This document shows, piece after piece, positions 19,401-28,233 of a stretch of 64,000 nt of DNA; position 1 is the stretch's first letter; each line of letters opens with the position of its first letter. Below the pieces are notes generated by a model. That model was given only the letters and a program-made list of their open reading frames with translations. It was not told the origin of the DNA and made no database searches. Made by a program: the position numbers and the translations under genes. Origin of the DNA: an uncultured Clostridia bacterium (lineage in GTDB: Bacteria > Bacillota > Clostridia > TANB77 > CAG-508); contig CANRAY010000001.1 of the NCBI GenBank assembly GCA_947628735.1, positions 74,391 through 138,390 of the forward strand, given 5' to 3'.

Positions 19401-21958
19401 TCCAACTCTTCATTAAGATTTTGTGTATAAGATGATATTTTTGAATCTTCTATAAATTGTAACCTTCTCCACATATCAGCTGGGTCTGAAACTGAATTTG
19501 CTATATCTGTATAAACTTCTCTAATCAAATTATTATAATCTGGCATAATAATCATATCTTCAATATAGCCTTTTCTTATTGTCCTTTCTCTTTCCAACCT
19601 AACCTTTCCACTTTGTCTTTGAGCTACATCAACATCTTCTATCATTTCTTCATACATTTCAATTTCTTCTAGTCTTTCTAGTGATGTTTGTGGATCTGCT
19701 TTTTCTCTTGCAAAATCATCATATTTTATTTCATCCTTTTTATTCTCTAAGAATCGATCAATTTTACGGTCCCAATCATTCTTTCTTTGATTTATTTCAA
19801 TGTCAAGTTGTGTTTCAAGACTTGCTTTTTGACTATCAGAATATGTTTGTATTTTGTCTTTAATTGCTTGTGAAATCCTTCCTTCTACAAGACTATCTGA
19901 CGTTACAATTACGCCATCTTGAAGAGTATAAAATCCATCAATTAATTGATAGTCTGGATCTATATAATATTTTCCATTTTCATCTAACCTAAAGCCCATC
20001 AAATCATATTTTGAATATGCTTCATTATATCCATCTACCAAGTATCCACTTGATAGCGAATCTGTTGATTCATAGTTCTTAGGTGCTGAACCAATTTCTG
20101 CAAATCTTTGGTCAAATAAATCTCTATCACTTGATTTTTCCGTTCCTTTTGATGTTGTATGCCACAATTGCTCACCATTATATATATTATTGTCAACTGC
20201 CATATTATATGCTGAAGAATATCGTCCAGAGCCTGAATTCAAATATTCTGTTGGCAAATATTGTTGTCCATTATATTCAAAAGTCACAAAATATTTAAGT
20301 AATGAATTTAACTTATAGAACATATAATTTCCTTCATCATCAGTATACGTATAAGTAACGAATTGTGGAGTTGTACCCCATAATGACTCATTATATGCCC
20401 ATAAATTTACTTTAATTCCACTTATTGGTTTATCTATTAAGTTTCCATCTGGTCCTGGTGTAGTAGAACTAATACCATCTGCCTGCGATTCCTTCAACGC
20501 TACACCATCTTCCCATACACTACCTCCTAAATCCATTGAGATATCAATTTGATCTATAGTCATTGATGTTGTAAATAACTCTCTAGCACCACCATAGAAA
20601 TTAAGAACTTTTTGAAGTTCACTTTCATCTAATTTTACTATCCTTGTACAATCCCAATCCCATCTTGGATGACGGGGAGTACCATCATTATGCTTAGTAC
20701 CATTATGATAAAACCAATTAACCTGATATTCATATGCATTTAAATCACTAGCTTCAGCTTTAAAAACTGTCATCCATTTAAAAGCAATATGCAATTGAAG
20801 TTGAAATATATAATCATCATCTGCAGAAGTCTTTCCATAGTTTGGATCTTTTATAACAACATAGAAATTACCACCATCAGTAGATCCATCTGGATATGAT
20901 TGTTGTTGTCTATCTACAAAATGATCATTAGGATTAAAGAATTTAAGTGGATGATGTCCTGCAGAATCAATAAATTCTTCTATTCTAATATGTTTAGGAG
21001 ATGACGAACCTGATGCCATAATAGTTTCTCCTTTTGAGTTAACTCCAGTAAAATACATACTAGAAATTCCTTCAAAGGCAATGTCATCATTATTTTTATT
21101 AATATAATTTAATTTAATCGGTCCTATTGTAATCGTACTATCTCCATTTTCATCATAATGAGTAAATACTGTTATATCTTTTATTTCACCCCTAATTTGT
21201 AAATCCGGTTGTTCCGTACTTCCAGCTCCACTCGTTGCACTTTTTTGGGTTGCTAGATAATATTCTTCATATTGATCCGCCTCTTTTGCTAAATCATTTT
21301 TTGCTGTTTGATTTTGTACTCCCCATAAAGCAATTTGTTTTTCATCATTCCACTCTCCAATTTCTTCTGAAGTAAGAATGTATGCTAATTTAATATCTGC
21401 ATCTGTAAGTAAATTTCTATCTCCTTCTTTTACAAGCCATGGATAGCTATAGTCTCCATCCCAAGTATTAAGAACATGTGGCAAATGACGATGATAATAT
21501 GTAACTTGCGTCTGTGGGTTTGGAACATTATAATGAGTATATGAGCCATATTTATCACTACCCTCTAAACTATTTCTATAATGTCTAGTTAAACCTGTTC
21601 TCCAAAATTCTTCGTCCATTTGCATACAATACATTTCTGTTTCTGGAACATTTGGAACAGTAACAGGGTCTCCAGTTCCAACACCAACCTCACGGTATTG
21701 TGTTACTTCAACTTCTGGAGGATCTGTATGTACTGGTGGTATTGGTGGTATTTCTTTAATCGTCCTCGTATGTCCCCATATAATATCCAAAAGAGTAACA
21801 GTACCACCTCCAAAAGTAGCAGCTGATGGATTATCATTTGGATCTATTGTATCCATAAGAATAGATGTAAAAAAGTTTGGTATTACAATTAAGGTTACTA
21901 GAATGATAAATAATATAATTAATGTACTTTTCCAATTTTCTTTTAATTTTACTTTCAT
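16415..21958 (-). CDS. Giant (1847 aa) cell-surface adhesin-like protein with SdrD-B/Cna-B-like domains and a C-terminal TM anchor
   Basis: N-terminal signal anchor. Two prealbumin-like SdrD-B-type modules (GGSVWEDG...DDEGNYMFYKL...; GTVWEDQ...TDDNGAYEFKNYIPGDYVVRFYYG). C-terminus reads LRILTGTG, then a TM helix, then RKVLLTKRVK. GGAGG RBS. The start lies 18 nt after the upstream stop, so it is co-transcribed. Confidence 0.8.
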   Translation of the reverse strand: MKVKLKENWKSTLIILFIILVTLIVIPNFFTSILMDTIDPNDNPSAATFGGGTVTLLDIIWGHTRTIKEIPPIPPVHTDPPEVEVTQYREVGVGTGDPVTVPNVPETEMYCMQMDEEFWRTGLTRHYRNSLEGSDKYGSYTHYNVPNPQTQVTYYHRHLPHVLNTWDGDYSYPWLVKEGDRNLLTDADIKLAYILTSEEIGEWNDEKQIALWGVQNQTAKNDLAKEADQYEEYYLATQKSATSGAGSTEQPDLQIRGEIKDITVFTHYDENGDSTITIGPIKLNYINKNNDDIAFEGISSMYFTGVNSKGETIMASGSSSPKHIRIEEFIDSAGHHPLKFFNPNDHFVDRQQQSYPDGSTDGGNFYVVIKDPNYGKTSADDDYIFQLQLHIAFKWMTVFKAEASDLNAYEYQVNWFYHNGTKHNDGTPRHPRWDWDCTRIVKLDESELQKVLNFYGGARELFTTSMTIDQIDISMDLGGSVWEDGVALKESQADGISSTTPGPDGNLIDKPISGIKVNLWAYNESLWGTTPQFVTYTYTDDEGNYMFYKLNSLLKYFVTFEYNGQQYLPTEYLNSGSGRYSSAYNMAVDNNIYNGEQLWHTTSKGTEKSSDRDLFDQRFAEIGSAPKNYESTDSLSSGYLVDGYNEAYSKYDLMGFRLDENGKYYIDPDYQLIDGFYTLQDGVIVTSDSLVEGRISQAIKDKIQTYSDSQKASLETQLDIEINQRKNDWDRKIDRFLENKKDEIKYDDFAREKADPQTSLERLEEIEMYEEMIEDVDVAQRQSGKVRLERERTIRKGYIEDMIIMPDYNNLIREVYTDIANSVSDPADMWRRLQFIEDSKISSYTQNLNEELDLYPVYDDMYINPVMELQSDGSTQPREYSKISDKQNDPDYDINTKLVGGDIYYPIYEGQFFINQGLWVRQEYDSALRKDVYRAVMKLNGHTEVYKYNKRVQEDTDGSGNNKANGIDGDSYWDIRIRMSDYDNYYGTTYNRELYLTDYDFGISLAPNHPSAQTHPLEIFVTYKITVRNQSMSTKTQIKEVVDFYDKEFTYREDLSWVMYEDDNLSTDFTQEEYYDAIDLVDISKIENQRPINSSDASTYGVKTHSDIATDGLYNAVYVRGLENKILSSGESAYIYLTYQINKDDDHRIILDDETRDSAATPKMNYAEINGFTTFYAENTELPNDVVKSQNGRLDVAGLVDRDSTPGNLRKVDITGQGKVEKNFEDDTDRAPALRVIVDEEDIRQINGTVWEDQRTEQSGDAYIGDGIYDEGNEVGISGVTIQLVEKLKNSTGIDEEFVWYQTTTDDNGAYEFKNYIPGDYVVRFYYGNNTDTVELGANDVSYNGQDFKSTIYQKDMEQKDVTNDYQRDTEKQYRGYQDVTGQNTSGSYGYDIFTTDSYGTRVSDAKDLWTTDNILNRNYNNTGSVDVYETKDIKGRLSVIDYSKSEVTNHKASVLTSPYGDYSDEFIDELIENTYMTAETGVMDIEFEYSRNMTDIDQALNDSNLYLNGNNEDGHYIMDNVDFGLVERPKAQLEIDKSITNAKLTLANGEVQFDANAESPFDNVTWIDHSSYKIEDLLQNGKFEDYYGQSGKNRYSLREDRIDQIVAQADKGEADLALSEELIHGATIQITYAIEIKNVGETDYEGEEFYYLGEATGDVVTTTPDQVIDYVVNNIKYDSGNAVNAGWSYISRDEIVPDQGQYDSDNNLVNTDFYDALGKFNTIIQTSDAELDKALKPDESVSKTLVLSQLLTMENKEDDMNYTNLTEIVKTSNTVGRRMAFSVVGNQNPLADRPGEIDSNISERLRILTGTGDIHIPYVLIIVVAIMLIGSIIIIIRKVLLTKRVK

Positions 21959-21976
21959 AATATTACCTCCTTCCCC

Positions 21977-24900
21977 TTAATCTTTCTTTTTTGCTAGAAC
22001 TCTTCGATTTATCTCAAAAATTCCAAATCCTAATAAAACTATTACTCCAAATGCTAAAGCAACATATTCTACAGTTTTACCTGTTACCAATGATAAAATA
22101 ACATCTGCATTTGATTTATCATTATCTGAATTAATATCTCTTAGGCCTTCTTCATTAAAGCTTTCATAGATTTCTGCATTATTATTTAAATTATCTAAAT
22201 TTTCTTCTGTAAATCTTGCAGTTAATACTAATGTTAATTCTTTTGATTCTCCTGGATTAATTTTTTCATTTTCCAAGCTTGAATTATAAATATTACCATT
22301 TTCTGATAAATACCAATCAGTATTTAATTCTGTATTAAAGTTAACATGTTCTGGTAAGTAATCAACTATTTTCTTTGCATATCCACTAACAGGACTGACA
22401 TTTGTTACTACAATTTTATATTCAATAACTACATTACTCTGTCCTACATTACTTGGTAAAACTTCTATTTTAGTTACTTTTCCATTTTCTTTTGTATAAT
22501 TAAATGTATTTGTTCCTGAAGTTGGTGTTGTTCTTGTAATTTTGCTTACATATTTATCAAGTTTTAAATCAAATTTTTGAGAAACATATAAACCAATATC
22601 TATATCTCTAATATTTGAATTTTTTACAGTTATAATATCTGTAATTCCTGCTACTCGTCTTTCTCCATCAAAAGTAAGATTTATATCAATAGCATCTGAA
22701 TTTAATGTTTCTGCAATTCCATCTGCTTGATAAGTTGTTAAACTATAATTTGTTACATCATATAAGAATAATACTAAATATTCTCCTGCTAGTACATTAT
22801 CAAATTTATAAGTACCATCATTTCCTGTTTGAGTTCTCTGTTCTTGATTTGTTTTAGAATTTTTTACAACAGAATTGTCTTTCTTATATACCAATACTAC
22901 TGGAATATTTGCAAGAATTTCTTCACCTTCATCACGTTTTCCATTTTTATCAGCATCTAACCATGCAGTTCCTTCAATTCTATAAGCTGGTTTATCAGGT
23001 GTACTTGGATTATTTGGACTACTTGGACTACTATATTTATGCTCCTCTGGATCATATTCTACAATAATTTTTTCTTTATTCGATTCTATTTTATCAAATC
23101 CACTTGCTGATAAAGTAGCAAATGTAGTAATCTCTTTGTCATTTTCATCTGGTAATAAATTTGCTTTAAATGTTACGGCAATATCTACTGTTTCTCCTAC
23201 TGCTAATTTATAAATCTCTAGTGTTGAAATTCCATCACTATTTACATATGTAGTTGTTTCTTTTTCTCCATTTTGTTCATATTCTGCTTTTACAAGACTT
23301 AATCCTTCTGGAACTTGTATTTCTATTTTATTTACAATAGATTCTTCTTCTCCAACATTTTTTACAGTAAAATGATTTGTAAATTGTGTATTTTCTTTAA
23401 CATATGTTTGATTTGGCTCTGCTTGTACTAAAGTTAATTTCATTTCTCCTGCTTTTATTTTTTGAACATTTGAATAATGAGCTTCAGCATTATCTGCTGT
23501 TGCATTCATAATTAAGTCATATTCTCCATAAAAATCTTCTACTGTGCAATCAATATATACTTCTGCACTCATACATAGATTACTTAAATCCAATATAGGA
23601 GAATCTGTTTCTGTTTCTTCATGATCATGCTCTGTTATATTTTCTTTAATATACTTTCTAACACTTTCCAATTTTCCAATATTTATGGTTGCTGTATTTC
23701 CATTAATTGTAATATTTTCCTCATACTTTTCTGAAGATCCTGCTTTTATATAAGAAATATTATCTACTTTAATTCCTGTTGGAAATTCTATATTCAATTT
23801 TACATTTTCTAAGTCTTTCGTTTCTGAAACATTTTCTACATTCACCTTATATTCAAGTTTATCGCCTTTTCTTAATATTGTAGATTCATGTATTTCTGGA
23901 ATATTTATAATTTGTAAATCTGCCTCTTTTACTGTTAAAACATATGGTTCTGATTTCATTTCATTAGTAATATTATCTGCTGTAATTCTAACAATATTTT
24001 CTAATTGCTTATCTTCCCATTCAGATTCTTGTATTTCTAAATCTTCTGATGATTGAGTTTCTTGCTCATGCTCATATTCTGCTATTTTTAATCTTAATTC
24101 ATATTCTTTTACTACAGTTTCTCCTGATTTAATTGTTCCTAAATCAATTACTTTTTCAGCTTCTGTACTATCTGAATAAGATCTTGTACGTTCTTTTATT
24201 TCTGTATGTACTGTTCCTGCTGGAGCAGTTATATGTAATTTTGCATTTTCTGCTGGTAATTCACCATTATTTTTAATAGTTGCTCTTATTCTAACAATTT
24301 GACCATCTCTTACAATATTAGAAGCTGATGTTAAACTAATACTTAAATCAGGTCCTTCTCCAGTTGAAGCTTCTATTATAGGAGATACTTTTGTTTCTGC
24401 AATTGTTCCAATATTAGAAACATTGTTATAATATACTTTGTACATTTCTGAAACACTGTTGTTATATGATAGATTTTTTGGAATTTCAATGTTATAGCTA
24501 AAATCTATTGCCTTTCCATTTTCCATTTTAAAATCTTTTGTTACTATTAAATATGATTTTGCACTATTTGTTGCATTAGTTGTCCATTTATTGTTTTCAT
24601 CTGATAATTCTTTTGTTGCATCTGCTCTATCTGAATAATATATTGTATAATTTTCTGCTGGTATTCCAGATAATGCAATAGCACTATTTAAAGTTGCATC
24701 AAAAGTTGATCCTAAATCATCTGCTGAATCAATTTTTACATTATCTTTTGATGGAAATCTTCCTAATATAACAACATCTGTAATATCATTTCCATAATTA
24801 TTAATAACTTTTCCAGAAATTGTTGCAATTTTCTTTTCTGCATATGTAGGAATTACTACATTTGTGCTTTCATCTGATATAGATAAAACAGCATTTGATT

Positions 24901-27067
24901 TTTCTGCATAATTTGCAATTCCGTTTGCTGCTACAACTCCAGCTGGTGCTACAAAATTAACTTCAGTTTCCACTTTTCCAGATTTATTTGTTGATACTTC
25001 ATTTTCGTTTGTAAATTCCATTACTATTTTTTCTGTACTATTTGGTGTTAATGATTTTACAATAATATCTGATTCTATAATAAGAATAGTTCCTTTATAT
25101 TCTGCATTAATAGCATATTCTGATTGAGTTCCTTTTAATGTTACATAAATAACTGGTGCACCATTTTCTGTTTTTGCATCAACCTTATCAATCTTTAATC
25201 CATTACTCATTAATATTTTAGCATTATTTAATCCTATACGACTAATGCTCTTTGGTAATGTTATTTTTAAAGTTGGATTTTTATATAAAGCATATCCTAT
25301 ATTAGATGTATCTAAAATTGCTCTCAATTCTACTTTTTCATTTTTAACAGCTGTACTTAAATCTTTTTTGCTAATTTCTACTTGTGCAACAGATTTAACT
25401 TCTTTTAATTCAATTTCTTTTTCTTCACTAATAGTTGAAGACATTGCTTTTCCAGTTACTTTTGTTTTTAATTTAACAAAATCTTTCATTTGAGCTTTTG
25501 AATAATCTAAAGTATTACTAATTGCTTTTTCAACTTCTATTGTAATTTTTCCAACTGTAACAGGTTTACTTGTTTTAATTGTCAATTCATTATTATTAAA
25601 TTCACTAACATCTACTACATAATTTCCGTTTTTATCTTTATTTGATTCTTTATTTATTTGCGCAATAACTGTTCCTTCTTTATTAAGAATCTCTATATAA
25701 CCATCATTACCTAAAATTTTCTTGAAAACTTTTTCACTAATTTTTACTGCTTTGTTATATGTATAGTTTTTATCTTCAATAGTTGTTAATCCCTCTTGTC
25801 CGTCTTTTCTTACAAATGTATCAATTCCTTGGTCAAATTCAATATAATCTGTTAATTCTAAATTATTAACAATAGCACTATATTCTACATTATAATTAGT
25901 TTCTTCTTTTTTATCTTCTTTAGCATCATAACTAGCATAAATATTACCTTTTGCTAATTCTTTTGTTGCCTGTACAGAAAAATCTAACATATTTCCTAAA
26001 GATGTTTTCATTTCAATATTTTTCTCAATAGCTGGTACATCTACAGTAGTATCTTCACTGTTATATAGTACCATACTGCCTGATACTACTACTTTTGAGT
26101 TTATTCCTTCTTCTTGAACAAAATCATATGCTTCTTTACTATCAAACATAAATGTTACTAAATACTCATCTTGTGCATCTTTTTTCCAGTTAATTTTTCC
26201 ATTAGCATCTTCTTGATTTTTAGTTTGTATAGTAACAATTCCATTTTCTGCATCATATTGATATTGATCATTTTCAAACTCAATTCCATTTGCCTTTCCA
26301 TTAGTACTCATGGTCTTATTTGCTGATACATAACTACTTGATGGTTTTATTCCATTAATTTCTGGTGCAACTACTGTTATATTAGATTCTTTTACTGGTA
26401 GCTTACTATCTTTTACTTCAGAATTTAGTTTTACTTGTACCATTACACCAAATTTTTCTCCTTCAGCATAAGGAATATATTTAACTACTTCTGCTTTGAT
26501 AGAAGCTTCTGCTTGACGATTCCATGAGATCTTATTTCTTATTTCTTTTGATACAGAATATTCATCTCCACTACCATCAACATAAGTTCCATGAAATACA
26601 ACTTTACTTTCTTTTGCAAAGTTGTCACTTGGAACTGAATCTGTATCTAATATCGTAATAGGTATACCAATTGTTATATTAGATCCGTTATTTATTTGTT
26701 TTAATATAATCTTATTATTCTCCGTATCTATACTTTGGATATATTCATTTTCTACTTTTTCAGCTATTTTAAAATTAACATCCTCAAAAGTGATGATGGT
26801 ATTTTTCAAATAACCGGCTGTTTGAACATTAAGGTTTAGATACAGCATTGTATTTTCGGCATCTTCTCCAATAACTACTGTATGGCCTCCTCCTTCTAAA
26901 TACGCATTAAATTCAACATTTGCATTTTCTGTTGCCGCATTTTGTTCTCCTAGTTCACTATCACTTAATGCATACGTAATACTGTACATTCCAAGTACAG
27001 CTAGATTTGCTCCTGCTAACGTTATAATTAACATTACAGCAATCATTTTTTCGATTAGTTTGTTCAT
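21977..27067 (-). CDS. Giant (1696 aa) cell-surface protein with DUF11/CARDB-like repeats, an SdrD-B-like domain and a C-terminal TM anchor
   Basis: Signal peptide. At least three DUF11/CARDB-like modules (for example GPDLSISLTSASNIVRDGQIVRIRATIKNNGELPAENAKLHITAPAG). SdrD-B-like module IEGTAWLDADKNGKRDEGEE...TGNDGTYKFDNVLAGEYLVLFLY. C-terminus reads LSLVTGKT, then a TM helix, then RRVLAKKKD. Confidence 0.8.
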   Translation of the reverse strand: MNKLIEKMIAVMLIITLAGANLAVLGMYSITYALSDSELGEQNAATENANVEFNAYLEGGGHTVVIGEDAENTMLYLNLNVQTAGYLKNTIITFEDVNFKIAEKVENEYIQSIDTENNKIILKQINNGSNITIGIPITILDTDSVPSDNFAKESKVVFHGTYVDGSGDEYSVSKEIRNKISWNRQAEASIKAEVVKYIPYAEGEKFGVMVQVKLNSEVKDSKLPVKESNITVVAPEINGIKPSSSYVSANKTMSTNGKANGIEFENDQYQYDAENGIVTIQTKNQEDANGKINWKKDAQDEYLVTFMFDSKEAYDFVQEEGINSKVVVSGSMVLYNSEDTTVDVPAIEKNIEMKTSLGNMLDFSVQATKELAKGNIYASYDAKEDKKEETNYNVEYSAIVNNLELTDYIEFDQGIDTFVRKDGQEGLTTIEDKNYTYNKAVKISEKVFKKILGNDGYIEILNKEGTVIAQINKESNKDKNGNYVVDVSEFNNNELTIKTSKPVTVGKITIEVEKAISNTLDYSKAQMKDFVKLKTKVTGKAMSSTISEEKEIELKEVKSVAQVEISKKDLSTAVKNEKVELRAILDTSNIGYALYKNPTLKITLPKSISRIGLNNAKILMSNGLKIDKVDAKTENGAPVIYVTLKGTQSEYAINAEYKGTILIIESDIIVKSLTPNSTEKIVMEFTNENEVSTNKSGKVETEVNFVAPAGVVAANGIANYAEKSNAVLSISDESTNVVIPTYAEKKIATISGKVINNYGNDITDVVILGRFPSKDNVKIDSADDLGSTFDATLNSAIALSGIPAENYTIYYSDRADATKELSDENNKWTTNATNSAKSYLIVTKDFKMENGKAIDFSYNIEIPKNLSYNNSVSEMYKVYYNNVSNIGTIAETKVSPIIEASTGEGPDLSISLTSASNIVRDGQIVRIRATIKNNGELPAENAKLHITAPAGTVHTEIKERTRSYSDSTEAEKVIDLGTIKSGETVVKEYELRLKIAEYEHEQETQSSEDLEIQESEWEDKQLENIVRITADNITNEMKSEPYVLTVKEADLQIINIPEIHESTILRKGDKLEYKVNVENVSETKDLENVKLNIEFPTGIKVDNISYIKAGSSEKYEENITINGNTATINIGKLESVRKYIKENITEHDHEETETDSPILDLSNLCMSAEVYIDCTVEDFYGEYDLIMNATADNAEAHYSNVQKIKAGEMKLTLVQAEPNQTYVKENTQFTNHFTVKNVGEEESIVNKIEIQVPEGLSLVKAEYEQNGEKETTTYVNSDGISTLEIYKLAVGETVDIAVTFKANLLPDENDKEITTFATLSASGFDKIESNKEKIIVEYDPEEHKYSSPSSPNNPSTPDKPAYRIEGTAWLDADKNGKRDEGEEILANIPVVLVYKKDNSVVKNSKTNQEQRTQTGNDGTYKFDNVLAGEYLVLFLYDVTNYSLTTYQADGIAETLNSDAIDINLTFDGERRVAGITDIITVKNSNIRDIDIGLYVSQKFDLKLDKYVSKITRTTPTSGTNTFNYTKENGKVTKIEVLPSNVGQSNVVIEYKIVVTNVSPVSGYAKKIVDYLPEHVNFNTELNTDWYLSENGNIYNSSLENEKINPGESKELTLVLTARFTEENLDNLNNNAEIYESFNEEGLRDINSDNDKSNADVILSLVTGKTVEYVALAFGVIVLLGFGIFEINRRVLAKKKD

Positions 27068-27101
27068 GGTAACCTCCCAATTTTTTAATATCTCAAAATA
27101 T

Positions 27102-27130
27102 ATTATACGACATTTTTAAGCATTTTTCAA
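27102..27130 (-). promoter_or_regulatory. Sigma-A-type promoter of the giant-protein operon with an overlapping palindrome
   Basis: Minus strand reads TTGAAA, a 17-nt spacer, then TATAAT, about 35 nt upstream of the ATG at 27067. The 7-bp inverted repeat AAGCATT-TTTC-AATGCTT overlaps the -35. Confidence 0.6.
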
Positions 27131-27339
27131 TGCTTTTATGGTTTTTTCATAACTTTTTATGTATAATAATCCCTTTATTTTATATATTATAATATATTTT
27201 AGCATTTAAATTATATATTTCAATTATCATAAAGCCTAAATATACGAGAAAAACGCACTTTCATTTACGGAAATTTTAAACGATAAATTATATTAAATTT
27301 GTATTACATTTTTTTTACAATTTTACAATGCACTTTATT

Positions 27340-27368
27340 TTCACACTTTTTTATTTTTTTCATATAAT
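27340..27368 (+). promoter_or_regulatory. Sigma-A-type promoter for the small-ORF trio
   Basis: TTCACA, a 17-nt spacer, then TATAAT, about 45 nt upstream of the ATG at 27413. Confidence 0.45.
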
Positions 27369-27412
27369 ATTATAACTTCTTTAACATATATTAAAAATAT
27401 AGAGGTGATAAA

Positions 27413-27565
27413 ATGAATCAAAATATAGATGTTTCTAAATTAATGGCCATGTTATCCAAAATGGATAAAAAAGATTTAGAGGAAGGCTTAAATAAAGTAA
27501 ATAAAATGTTAAATTCTAAAGATGCTAATCAAATAATTAACGATATTAGGAAAAATAATTCATAA
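27413..27565 (+). CDS. Small hypothetical protein (50 aa), below the ORF-track cutoff
   Basis: AGAGGTGA RBS 6 nt before the ATG. Translation is MNQNIDVSKLMAMLSKMDKKDLEEGLNKVNKMLNSKDANQIINDIRKNNS. Followed 30 nt later by the next ORF, which has its own AAGGAGG. Confidence 0.45.
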   Translation: MNQNIDVSKLMAMLSKMDKKDLEEGLNKVNKMLNSKDANQIINDIRKNNS

Positions 27566-27595
27566 GGATTTCAGCATAAAATAAGGAGGTTTCAC

Positions 27596-27949
27596 ATGAA
27601 TGAGGATGTATCAAATTTTATGAATCAAATTAATGAAATGATAGAAAAAAATCAAATTCCAGAAAACATAAAAAATATGATTAGCCAGCTTTCTAATTCT
27701 TCTTCAGATAATAATTCTCAAACCTCCGCTTCTAACTCTGAATTTGATATGGCTACTATTATCAAAATGAAAAAAATGATTGATTCTATTAACACAAATA
27801 AAGATGATCCCAGAACTAACCTTTTAATGTCATTAAAGCCTTATTTAAAAGAAAGCCGTAAAGAAAAATTGGATCAGTACATACAAATTTTCAAGATGGA
27901 AAAGATATTAGAAGTTCTAAATACTTCAGGGGGTGAAACCCAAAAATGA
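27596..27949 (+). CDS. Hypothetical protein (117 aa)
   Basis: AAGGAGG RBS. Helical N-terminus, Ser/Asn-rich linker and a conserved-looking C-terminus DPRTNLLMSLKPYLKESRKEKLDQYIQIFKM. No family recognised. Confidence 0.6.
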   Translation: MNEDVSNFMNQINEMIEKNQIPENIKNMISQLSNSSSDNNSQTSASNSEFDMATIIKMKKMIDSINTNKDDPRTNLLMSLKPYLKESRKEKLDQYIQIFKMEKILEVLNTSGGETQK

Positions 27950-28230
27950 TATATTATAATCCATATTTTCCATACCGAAAAATGCTCTACCCAACAAAAA
28001 ATGCATATCCCACTAAAATTCGTGAAAATATGCATTCTAATACAGAATTACCTAACAAGCATCATACTATAAAAAATAACACTTGCATTGATAATCCTAT
28101 GTTTGAGTTCTTAGGTATAAAATTATATTTTGATGATGTGTTGTTAATTTGTCTTATAATTTTTTTATACCAGGAAGGAAAAAATGATAAATACTTATTA
28201 ATAGTATTAATATTACTACTATTAAGTTAA
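27946..28230 (+). CDS. Hypothetical small membrane protein (94 aa)
   Basis: ATGA start/stop overlap with the previous ORF. C-terminal hydrophobic segments LLICLIIFL and LLIVLILLLL. Confidence 0.5.
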   Translation: MIYYNPYFPYRKMLYPTKNAYPTKIRENMHSNTELPNKHHTIKNNTCIDNPMFEFLGIKLYFDDVLLICLIIFLYQEGKNDKYLLIVLILLLLS

Positions 28231-28233
28231 TTT

